Assembly (NCBI GenBank): GCA_903923795.1 | Contig: CAIXYX010000139.1 | Coordinates: 1-52,303, forward strand | Length of the DNA stretch: 52,303 nt | Direction of reading: 5' to 3' | From: an uncultured Candidatus Micrarchaeota archaeon | GTDB taxonomy: Archaea; Micrarchaeota; Micrarchaeia; Anstonellales; Anstonellaceae | Part shown: in pieces, positions 1-8,501 of the stretch | Layout: the number at the start of each line of letters is the position of its first letter | Position numbering within the stretch: position 1 is the first letter of the stretch | Notes under the pieces: model-generated | The model's input: only the letters and a program-made list of their open reading frames with translations | Database searches by the model: none | What the model was told of the DNA's origin: nothing | Translations under genes and position numbers: made by a program

Positions 1-1
1 C

Positions 2-1129
2 ATCTCCACCTACATCGCATCAGGCGCTCCCATTCATGAGACAAGCAACAAGCTCAAGGAGGAGGCAGGCCAAGCCTCGAATATCAAGAGCAAAAGCACG
101 AGGAAAAATGTCACCGATGCGCTCGAGCGCATCATCCACCATCTGAAAGTGTATGGAAATTCGGCGCCTGAATCCGGCATGGCCATATTCTGCGGCAATG
201 TGTCTGACAACCCCGCGCGCACCGACATAGAGCTTTTCACGGTTTTCACGCCCCAGCCCCTCACCATCTCGATGTACAGATGCGACTCGAGATTTTTCCT
301 CGAGCCGCTGGAGCGCATGATCGATGTCAAGGACACATATGGCATCGTGGTGATGGACGGGCGCGAATGCACGCTCGCCACCTTGAGAGGCACCAACATC
401 ACCATTTTACGTCGATTGAATTCGACGGCCCATTCGAAAATTCGTAAAGGTGGACAATCGGCCCGCCGTTTCGAGCGACTCATCGAGGAGTCAATAGAAT
501 ACTATTACAAGCGCATCGGCGAGGCCATGGACCAGTATTGGGCCAACGGCGGCACAAAGGGCGTGCTTGTCGGCGGGCCGGGGCCGGCGAAAGAGGATTT
601 TGTGAAGATGAGCCCGTTCAATTACCAGATAAAGATTCTTGGCAGCACCATCGACACAGGTTACACCGACGAGCAGGGCTGCCGCGAGGTCATGGCCAAA
701 TGCGGGGACATCATCCATGCACAGGAGGCTTTCCGCGAGAAGCAGCTCATAGACAGATTCATCAAGGAAGTTGTGTCCGGGGGCTTGGCGATTTACGGCG
801 AAGCGAATGTGCGCGCTGCGCTCGAATCAAAACAGGCCGGCACGCTGCTCATCTCCGAAGGATTGAAGTGGAAACGCTACCATGTGCGCGTGGGCGGGCA
901 GAATGGCGAGGAGAGGCACATCAATAAACGGGCCGAGGAGGACCCGCCGAAAAACACGGCGGAGGGGGAGAGCATCTCAGTTCTGTCGGTGACGGATTTG
1001 GCCGATGACCTCATCGAGCTGGCGGATTCGGCCGGCGTGAAGACGGAAATAATTTCAACTGACACGAGCGAGGGCGCGCAATTCTATCAGTCTTTTTATG
1101 GAATAGGAGCTTTCTTGAGATACAAATAG
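2..1129 (+). CDS. prf1: Peptide chain release factor aRF1 (5' end outside the window)
   Basis: The frame is open from position 2. It contains the NIKS motif (ASNIKSKS) and the GGQ motif (KIRKGGQSARRF). The ORF-track start at 149 is an internal GTG. Confidence 0.95.
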   Translation: MSTYIASGAPIHETSNKLKEEAGQASNIKSKSTRKNVTDALERIIHHLKVYGNSAPESGMAIFCGNVSDNPARTDIELFTVFTPQPLTISMYRCDSRFFLEPLERMIDVKDTYGIVVMDGRECTLATLRGTNITILRRLNSTAHSKIRKGGQSARRFERLIEESIEYYYKRIGEAMDQYWANGGTKGVLVGGPGPAKEDFVKMSPFNYQIKILGSTIDTGYTDEQGCREVMAKCGDIIHAQEAFREKQLIDRFIKEVVSGGLAIYGEANVRAALESKQAGTLLISEGLKWKRYHVRVGGQNGEERHINKRAEEDPPKNTAEGESISVLSVTDLADDLIELADSAGVKTEIISTDTSEGAQFYQSFYGIGAFLRYK

Positions 1130-1200
1130 AGACAAATATAACGAAAAACAAAAACAACAAATGAAAAAATCAGAATGCTATTTTTCTGTCACGCGATTCT

Positions 1201-1806
1201 TCAGCCACCAACAGCCCGAATCGAGCATGAGGATGCGTTCGATTTCGAGCTGATGAGCACTTCAATATAGTTCGGGTGGAAGATGTAGTCCCCGCTGCCA
1301 GCGCCCGAATGCACGTAGATGTATGGCCTGTCCCGCATCGCGTAGAGGGCGTCGGAGAACGGGACGCTCTTGTTCGAGACAGTCGGAGTGGAATTCGGGA
1401 GGCCGAACTGATACATGCTCGAGAGGCATCCGGATTCGTCGCAGAAATAGGCGAGGAGCTCCTTGTCGCTCGAATTCGCGTAGAAGGGGGAACTGATGTA
1501 ATTCACCCCGCACTGCATGATGACCTGGCGCGCGTCCGAGCTCGGCGCGCCGCGCACGTCGACGAGTATGCCGTTTTTCGAGGTGTTGTAGAGCAGTCTG
1601 GAGAATGCGGTCTGGTCCGCGCTGCCCGAACCGGCAGGGAAGAGCAGGAGGCCCAGTATTGCGGCGAGGAGCACTGCTCCGCCGATGAGCGAGGCTTTCT
1701 GCTGCAAGCTGAGGCCCGATGACGGCTTTGCACCAGAGGCAGATTTTCCGCCCGCTTTTGGCTCGGCGCTTTTTGTCTCGGACACCTTTCTCTCTTCCTT
1801 TGCCAT
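1201..1806 (-). CDS. Hypothetical membrane-anchored protein (Lys/Ser-rich tail, 1 TM, about 150-aa Cys-containing ectodomain)
   Basis: The ATG at 1806 (MAKEERK) lies 13 nt after the stop of the upstream gene. The TM segment is LIGGAVLLAAILGLLLF. The longer ORF-track 5' extension overlaps the upstream CDS. Confidence 0.6.
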   Translation of the reverse strand: MAKEERKVSETKSAEPKAGGKSASGAKPSSGLSLQQKASLIGGAVLLAAILGLLLFPAGSGSADQTAFSRLLYNTSKNGILVDVRGAPSSDARQVIMQCGVNYISSPFYANSSDKELLAYFCDESGCLSSMYQFGLPNSTPTVSNKSVPFSDALYAMRDRPYIYVHSGAGSGDYIFHPNYIEVLISSKSNASSCSIRAVGG

Positions 1807-1819
1807 AAACACACCTGTT

Positions 1820-3910
1820 TCAGTTGAGAGCGTCGCCGACATCGCAGCGCGTGTAATATGCCGCGTCGCCCCACAGGTCGGCCTGCTTCTGGTACACCAC
1901 ACTAAAGTGCGGGGCTGTGGCTGTCTTGTTGTAATGCAGCACGAAAACAGGCAAATCCACGACCTTGTCAAAGCATTGGGCGGCGGTGAGGTTGCTTGCT
2001 GTGCCGAACGTGCAGTTGCGGCCCGAGATGTAGAAGATTGTCACGGTCTTGTTCCAGTGCGCCTTCACCTGCCCCGTGATGTTCGCGGCGCAGGACGACA
2101 TGGCGGTGAGCGCGTCTGCCGGCGCGCCTGATTTGTCGAGCGCGATATATGTTGTGGAGGACGAGGCGATGACGTCGGTGAAATCGCCGAACGAGGCTGT
2201 CTGCGCGTTCTGTGTCATGACGACATAGAGGCCCACCGAGCCAAGCCCGAGGCCGAAGAGCAGCACGAATAGCATGGCTGTCCACACGCCGAGCATCGCC
2301 CTGCTTCTAAAGAGCGGCTTGAAGTAGAGCAAAAGGCCGATGAACACCACGAGGATGACGGAGGCCAGCGCGAGGTCGGAGAGCAGCAGGACTGCGGGCG
2401 GAATCAGCGGCGCCATCTGCGAGCGCGTTGCGGAGGGCATGGGCACAAGGGCTGCCGTGAGCGAGAACACCCCGTCCACGGATGTCTGGCTGAATGCGCG
2501 GCCTGCCTGCGCGATGAGATCGCCCTTCACCGGGCCTGTGCCAAGAGTGGCGGCATCATTGATGAGGGCATTGTACGCCGCCGTCAGGTTCGCATATTGC
2601 GCCGTGGTCATCGGAGGCACGAACGTCTTGTCGAGCGCGAGCCTCCGCGACACCAGCTGCCCGTACGCCGTGACGGCCGCCTTGTCCTCGGGGCGGATGC
2701 GCCACGAGGCCGCGATGAGCGCGTCGCCGGCGTGATTCTGCGCAGTCAGCGCGTCGTTGTAGGGCTTGCTGCCCGCGGCCACCGCAGGCGTGATGGTGGG
2801 GACGAGGCTCTCGATGCGGGAGTAGTCGGAATCAACGTTGTCGAAGCTGCGGGTTGCTATGCGGTTGTCCATGGCGCTCCACAGAGACAAAAATGATGAA
2901 AGCGATGCGGTGAAATTCGAGTCCTTGTTGAACGAGGCCACCACCGAGGCGTTGTCGCGCAAAGACTGGTATTTGGATTTGAATGCGCTCCATTTCGGGC
3001 CCCACACGTCGGCGAGGGCCGCGGACTTCGCGTAATTCTCGCGGCTGGCCGTGGACTGCACTATCTGCGCCGACACGGTGTCGATGGAGGGCGCGGCGGT
3101 GAAGCGGGAGGCGAAGCCGTCGGCCAACGACACGGCGGAGTCAAGAGATGAGTTGTCGAAATTGTAGGCAGGGCATATGCCCATGCAGTCGAGGGTGGGG
3201 CACTGCGTGCGGGTTGCGAACCTCAGTTTGGATTTCGAGATGTTCGTGGCTGCAGATTTGATGGCTGCGAGGTCGGATTTGAGCTGCGCGAGCTGCGCGG
3301 CGGCGTTTGAGAGGGTGATGGAATTCGATATGCTCATTGCGTCGGGAACTTTGGCCTTCAGCGTGTTTATCGAGAGCGCGTAATCGAGCAGGAAGGGCGA
3401 GATCATCTCGGGCGAGCAGCTGCCCACCTCGTACCTGGCGCAGAGCATGACGGCGGTCGTCGTGCAGGTGCCGCTCGTATTGCATGGCACGGATTTGAGG
3501 TTTGTGTAGAGCATGCAGGTGTCTTCGATGCCCATCACATAGGTTTTTTGCGCGGCGTCAATCTTGGCGTTGCGGCTGGCGTTGAACGCGAGGAGGTCGG
3601 TCCGAAACGTTGCCAAATCAGAATCAGATGGCAGGAGGGTGTGGGTGTAATGCTCGCTCAATACGGCGCTAATAGCCGTCCCGTCGCTCAATGGTATGCC
3701 GCTCGCGGTGAGTATGGACGGTATGCCGCCGATGGTGTAGAGGGTGTAATTCACGCCGCTGGACGAATACAGCGGGGTGATGACGACCGCGGAGGCCGAC
3801 TCGCCGTCGAAGAGATGGGCGCTAAGGTTGAATTCGGCCCTGCACGCGAGGGCGAACACCAGCAGGAGGATTACGGGCAGGATTGGTCGCATGACCAGAT
3901 TAGGGGCCAT
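1820..3910 (-). CDS. Hypothetical secreted/membrane glycoprotein (signal peptide, about 520-aa ectodomain, TM cluster, C-terminal Cys domain)
   Basis: Long ORF with signal peptide MRPILPVILLLVFALACRA, many N-x-S/T sequons and 3-4 TM helices near residue 540-600. The start could be 3937 (GTG), 3910 or 3892. Confidence 0.65.
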   Translation of the reverse strand: MAPNLVMRPILPVILLLVFALACRAEFNLSAHLFDGESASAVVITPLYSSSGVNYTLYTIGGIPSILTASGIPLSDGTAISAVLSEHYTHTLLPSDSDLATFRTDLLAFNASRNAKIDAAQKTYVMGIEDTCMLYTNLKSVPCNTSGTCTTTAVMLCARYEVGSCSPEMISPFLLDYALSINTLKAKVPDAMSISNSITLSNAAAQLAQLKSDLAAIKSAATNISKSKLRFATRTQCPTLDCMGICPAYNFDNSSLDSAVSLADGFASRFTAAPSIDTVSAQIVQSTASRENYAKSAALADVWGPKWSAFKSKYQSLRDNASVVASFNKDSNFTASLSSFLSLWSAMDNRIATRSFDNVDSDYSRIESLVPTITPAVAAGSKPYNDALTAQNHAGDALIAASWRIRPEDKAAVTAYGQLVSRRLALDKTFVPPMTTAQYANLTAAYNALINDAATLGTGPVKGDLIAQAGRAFSQTSVDGVFSLTAALVPMPSATRSQMAPLIPPAVLLLSDLALASVILVVFIGLLLYFKPLFRSRAMLGVWTAMLFVLLFGLGLGSVGLYVVMTQNAQTASFGDFTDVIASSSTTYIALDKSGAPADALTAMSSCAANITGQVKAHWNKTVTIFYISGRNCTFGTASNLTAAQCFDKVVDLPVFVLHYNKTATAPHFSVVYQKQADLWGDAAYYTRCDVGDALN

Positions 3911-4020
3911 CAGGATTAAAAATGATTGGCCGAACACGTCTGGAAAATTCTGATTCTATGCTTCATGATTCTGTGATTCATGTTTCATTTTCTAAAAGGA
4001 GTTTTTGAAAAAATAGAAAA

Positions 4021-4053
4021 TTAAAAGGGGGACGGGGGGCCTCGCGGCCCCCC
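4021..4053 (-). terminator. GC hairpin plus T-rich tract downstream of the S-layer gene
   Basis: An 8-bp all-G/C stem, GGGGGGCC-loop-GGCCCCCC (4034-4053), starts 20 nt after the stop at 4074. On the minus strand it is followed by CCCCCTTTTAATTTTCTATTTTTTC. Confidence 0.55.
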
Positions 4054-4073
4054 GATAGAGTTCTTCGCGCGAC

Positions 4074-6950
4074 TTACTGGGTCTTGAGCGCCGCGATGAA
4101 AGCGTTGGCCGCTGTCATCGTGTTGTCGGCTGTAAGGCCGGCTACGACGATCTTGTTGCCCACGACTTTAACCACCACGTTCTGCTGGTTGAAGTCGATG
4201 TTGGCGTCGCCCGTCTGGGCCGCCTGCGCAGTCACCGTGTTCACAGCCGAACCACCGACCGTGATCAGTGTGCCGCTCACGCCGGCCGCGTCAGAGTCCT
4301 TGATGACCATCTTCAGGTCGCCCGTGTAGGGTGTAAGGACGCTGGTCACGGCAGGGTCTGCGACCGCTGTCATGGTGCCCGCTGTTGCGGTGCATGTGGG
4401 GGCGCCGGAGCCGCTCGCGGTGCAGGAACCAACCGTCTGGTCGATTTTCTTCACCTTGAGCACTATTCCGTTGCCCACTGTGCGCGTGTCGCCTTCCTTG
4501 GCGGTCCACGTCTCGGTGTTCTCCTGCCCGACAGCCGTGCTGGCTGCCGTGAAGGTGAACTTGGCGTTGGCGATTTTCTTTGCCGACGAGATGGACACCG
4601 ACTTGAGGCTGACATCAGTCACCTTCGAGCCGCGTTCCGTGTACAACGGAAGCTCGTAGCCAGAGGACTGGGCGCGGAGCACTGAGGGCGTTACGTCTCC
4701 ACTCAGGTTAAGGGCGTTGTAGAACGCCACCGAGGTGGAGCTGTCCGTGCTCTTGAACTGCCAGTCACCAGTCGCAGCTGCGGTTGTGATGTTCTGCACG
4801 GGGATGCGGATCATTTCGAAGTGGTGCGCGGTGCTGTTCAGCTGTCCGGCATCCTCCTGTATCACGATCTCGCCGATTGCTCCCGTGATGTTGGCGCTGT
4901 ACACGCCAAGGTAGGTCGCGTTGAATGCATTGCGTCCGTCAAAGTAGAACTGCATCATGCCGAACGCGGGTGAGCTCGAAGCGTCGCCCACTGTGTCGTA
5001 TGCAATTGTACCGTTTGTCGTGGCCGAATAGCTCAACACTCCCATTCCGGCGTTCTGGCCGGGGGTCGTGGTGAAGTTGGCCACCTTGAGGTATCTGCAT
5101 CCTTGCGGCTTCCAGAATATCTGGCTCTGGGTGTTGTTGTTGGCAGCGCTCACGTTTATGAAAACGTTGGGCTGCGTCTGGGTCGCTGCGCCTCCCGTCA
5201 TGGTGAAGTTGCCCATGGGGTCGATGTAGAACTCCTTGACGCGGTCAGTGCCGAGCAGGTTCGAGGTTGCGCCACCGAACGCATTGGCGTTGCTGGAGCT
5301 GACCTTGAGGAAACTGCCCGCATATGTCGCGTTGGGGCTGCTACAGTCGGCTGTGGTGCCGATTGTGAGCTGCTCCGAGGGGTCCGAGGCGATGGTCAAT
5401 GACTCGTAGTCGTCCTTGGTGAGGTCGAGGCCGTTGTATGTGAAACGGTAGACCGGGTTCTCCTTGGGGAACACGAGTGAGTCGGTTGCCTTCATGCGGT
5501 CTTCGCCCATGTATTCCTTGACATTGTCCACATAGAGGACAATCTCACGGAGTGAGTTGGGCTGGCCGTTCGTCGAGCTGGCATCGCGGGTCTTCCACAG
5601 CAATGAGGCGTATATGTTGCCCCAGTTCTCGTCTGTGTTGCTGTATACGGTCGGGTTGTACACCGCGCCGTCCTGCAATGTTATCTCGTCGGTGTAGATC
5701 GCGATCTCGGCCCACTTGGCGGCGAGTGTGATACCACCGGCCGTCTGGTAGACGTGGATCTTGATCTTCTGGTTGTTGCCAGCATTGTAGGTCGAAGTCT
5801 CTCCGACGCTGACCTTGATGTTGTCGATCACTACGCCGTTGGAGTCGAGCACATCGAGGATGGCAGGGTGGGCGTTGCCCGAACCTTCCGCCATCGAAAT
5901 GTCTGAGAGGCGGATCTTGAGGGTTCCGGCATCGATCGTGTCGCCGATCGAGATGATCTTGTCGTCAGCCTCCTTGGCCAGCTTGATCTGTCCTCCGGCA
6001 ATGACTGGGCCGGTGGTGTTCAGCTGGTTGGCTGCGACTGTTCCGTCTGGAGGTGTCATCCCAGAGATGACCCAGTCGGCTCCCAGGAAGTTGATCTTGA
6101 GGCGGTGGCGCACCGTTGCGTCGGTGTTCGTGTCACTGCCTGCGCAGTAGGCCCACAAGCCGGACGAGTTTGTCGCCGTGCATACGGGGATACCGAAGTT
6201 GTTGCCCAAAAAGCGGATGCTGTACGCCAATGAGTTGGGGCGGGCGATGACCTGCCGATATGCGGCGCCATTGTCGTAATAGACACCGTTGGCGGGGGCA
6301 CCTGTGCCCACCCAGAATGCGATCTCCTGCGGATATGTGTTGCCGCCGGTCTTGGACTCCTTCGCATCAGCCACCTGGAAGCCGTTGAATTGGCTCGCGC
6401 CAATCATGTAGAGGTTGGCTCCGTGTGCGTTCGTTCCGTTGAATCCGGATACGCCGCGCAGGGGTGAGGGGATGTTCGAGGTTGTGTCCGATGTGCTGAC
6501 GTCGTTGGTGTAGTTGTCTGCACCAAGAGTGTTCATACGATTGCCCGGAGTCTTGTCGATCGTGTCTGTGATCAGGGTCGTGAACTGGTGGGCATTCGCC
6601 AACTGTCCCGGGACCGTGATCTCGATCGTTACTTTCTTGTCAGACACTTCACAAGAGCCTGCAGCGCTGCCTGTTCCACCGCTCACTGTGCAAGCGGGTG
6701 TTCCCGACAAGCGCACGTTGAGGTTCTGGCGGGCATAGGCCTGCTGCGCGATGGCTGACGCGATGTTCGCCGCGGCGATGCCATCCGAGACACCGGCGCC
6801 TGCGCCGACCACGATCTTCGCCACCGGCTGGCCGTTCTCTTCGACCAGTTTGGTGTTCTCATAGTACAGAGTCGCTGCCGAAACTGCCGTGGAGCCGATG
6901 AAGGCCGCCGCGATCAGTGTCGTCGCGAGTCTTGATTTCCATCCTTTCAT
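4074..6950 (-). CDS. S-layer protein (Methanococcales-type S_layer_N/S_layer_C architecture)
   Basis: Signal peptide MKGWKSRLATTLIAAAFIGSTAVSA. The N-terminal motif is NGQPVAKIVVGAGAGVSDGIAAANIASAIAQ. The C-terminal motifs are LITVGGSAVN and NKIVVAGLTADNTMTAANAFIAAL. A strong SD (GAGGTGA) lies 4 nt before the ATG, and the upstream leader is long and AT-rich. Confidence 0.75.
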   Translation of the reverse strand: MKGWKSRLATTLIAAAFIGSTAVSAATLYYENTKLVEENGQPVAKIVVGAGAGVSDGIAAANIASAIAQQAYARQNLNVRLSGTPACTVSGGTGSAAGSCEVSDKKVTIEITVPGQLANAHQFTTLITDTIDKTPGNRMNTLGADNYTNDVSTSDTTSNIPSPLRGVSGFNGTNAHGANLYMIGASQFNGFQVADAKESKTGGNTYPQEIAFWVGTGAPANGVYYDNGAAYRQVIARPNSLAYSIRFLGNNFGIPVCTATNSSGLWAYCAGSDTNTDATVRHRLKINFLGADWVISGMTPPDGTVAANQLNTTGPVIAGGQIKLAKEADDKIISIGDTIDAGTLKIRLSDISMAEGSGNAHPAILDVLDSNGVVIDNIKVSVGETSTYNAGNNQKIKIHVYQTAGGITLAAKWAEIAIYTDEITLQDGAVYNPTVYSNTDENWGNIYASLLWKTRDASSTNGQPNSLREIVLYVDNVKEYMGEDRMKATDSLVFPKENPVYRFTYNGLDLTKDDYESLTIASDPSEQLTIGTTADCSSPNATYAGSFLKVSSSNANAFGGATSNLLGTDRVKEFYIDPMGNFTMTGGAATQTQPNVFINVSAANNNTQSQIFWKPQGCRYLKVANFTTTPGQNAGMGVLSYSATTNGTIAYDTVGDASSSPAFGMMQFYFDGRNAFNATYLGVYSANITGAIGEIVIQEDAGQLNSTAHHFEMIRIPVQNITTAAATGDWQFKSTDSSTSVAFYNALNLSGDVTPSVLRAQSSGYELPLYTERGSKVTDVSLKSVSISSAKKIANAKFTFTAASTAVGQENTETWTAKEGDTRTVGNGIVLKVKKIDQTVGSCTASGSGAPTCTATAGTMTAVADPAVTSVLTPYTGDLKMVIKDSDAAGVSGTLITVGGSAVNTVTAQAAQTGDANIDFNQQNVVVKVVGNKIVVAGLTADNTMTAANAFIAALKTQ

Positions 6951-7515
6951 ATCTTCACCTCATTGTTTTTTGGGTGTTTCCGATTTTTCTGTCGCCTATT
7001 TTTCGGGGCACATTTTGGCACGAAGATCATGGCGACAGTTTCATGCCCCATATCTCGTTTGTTTTGTTCTCGTACCCCGCTCCTTGCGGACCTCGGTTAG
7101 ACGATCCGCTCATAGGAACCACTGAGAATGGAAATTCCGAATCTATTTAAACCTTGTGAATTAGTAATAACTTTTGTTTGGAAACTAAACTTATAACTTC
7201 GTCAATCCAAGTAAAAACCTTATGACAGATAACGTATTCGGGTGGTAGATAGACGTAAGATGAAAAATTTCGCGATGCAATTCTTCGAGGTGAAATTTTC
7301 ATTCTCCGAGGTGAGAATTGGCCCGGGAAGAGTTCGACGAACATTTGAACACCAAGTATAAATTTTAGTTTATAATTGAAATTTCCCTATGGAATTTTCT
7401 TTCACGACGATTCTTCGACGCTGGATATATGCATGAGCCCGCGAATGTATATAATATAGGGCATGCGGAGGCCAGATGGGTTGAGTAGGCTATAGCAGAC
7501 ATAATCGAAAATTCT

Positions 7516-7905
7516 TTACGGCACTATCGAATACTCCAGCCTGTTTCCCCTCGAATCATAGGCGACGAGCTGCGCGGGGCCGTAGGGGCGGCAGGCGATG
7601 AGATGCACGCCTCCCTCTTTCGACGCCGAGGCACGGTCGGTGCCCGACTGGCCCGCGCTGCCCGACGGGTGGGAATGAAAAGTGCCCCACGTGTCGAGGC
7701 CGGCGGGCATCATCCACGGCAGAAACATCGCCGAATTCGAATCCACCGAGAGGCCGGGGGGCACGATGAGGCGCGTGAGGAGAAGGACTGCCTCGCCGTT
7801 TTTCTCGCTCCTCTCGCCCTCGAGGAGTCCGAGGAATTCATTCGGGTCGGCCGAACGGGCGGCGGCGAGGCACGCTTCGAGGAGAGAGCGCTTGAGGAGG
7901 AGCAT
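7516..7905 (-). CDS. JAB1/MPN/JAMM-domain metalloprotease
   Basis: JAMM motif HSHPSGSAGQSGTD (H-x-H-x7-S-x2-D) with an upstream Glu (LLEGE). The 129-aa size is typical of archaeal stand-alone JAMM proteins. Confidence 0.8.
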   Translation of the reverse strand: MLLLKRSLLEACLAAARSADPNEFLGLLEGERSEKNGEAVLLLTRLIVPPGLSVDSNSAMFLPWMMPAGLDTWGTFHSHPSGSAGQSGTDRASASKEGGVHLIACRPYGPAQLVAYDSRGNRLEYSIVP

Positions 7906-8213
7906 GGATTGGATAGAAATGAAAGGGAATAAGAAACAACGCCAAGAAATATTCGGCTATGCTATTTGTCGCACAGCTTGTGCGACTTTTGCATCTGTGC
8001 GACAGCAGAACAGATATTGGTGAATGATTTCATCATATGAAAGAGAAAAAAAAGAACAATTTCATATGGCATAATAAACACCCCTGAGGCAGAATGCGCG
8101 TGTTATGACGTGAAATTCGAGGGTGAGGAAAATAGCGGGGATTGATTTCGGGACAAAAAATGATAGTTTAAAATGATTAGCAATTCTGTGATGCAAACGG
8201 ATGAGGGATAAAT

Positions 8214-8444
8214 ATGCAAACATCTCACAGAGCCCCGGAGGCCGGAACCGTCCTTGACGCCATTAGAGGCAAAGACGGCGGAATGGATGTGTTTGAGATC
8301 GCCTCGGCCTCCCATTGCGATTTGAGGGGATTGCGAGCAGTGCTTGACGGTCTGCAGGAGGATGGCCAGGTGTTCAGCGGACTCAAGAAGGAAGAAGGCG
8401 CGCCGTCGGTATTCAGGCGGCTTTATTTCGTTTCCAGCCGGTAG
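8214..8444 (+). CDS. Small hypothetical protein, possibly a winged-helix DNA-binding protein
   Basis: ATG start with GAGGGAT 5 nt upstream. The 76-aa ORF shows coding-like composition. No diagnostic motif was found. Confidence 0.4.
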   Translation: MQTSHRAPEAGTVLDAIRGKDGGMDVFEIASASHCDLRGLRAVLDGLQEDGQVFSGLKKEEGAPSVFRRLYFVSSR

Positions 8445-8501
8445 ACTCTCTCTTTGACGTAAGATTTCTCTTTCCCCAAAATGCGCGATTTTGATGAAAA
8501 C

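Noticed and set aside
1807-1971. 5' extension of the 201-aa membrane protein ORF.
   Set aside because: It overlaps the 3' end of the 1820-3910 gene and has a Cys/Arg/Thr-rich nonsense composition. ATG 1806 gives a sensible Lys-rich cytoplasmic tail plus a TM.
3951-3979. Three TGATTC hexamers between the S-layer terminator and the next gene.
   Set aside because: The motif is short and AT-rich in an AT-rich spacer, and it is likely to occur by chance. It is noted only as a weak candidate regulatory repeat.
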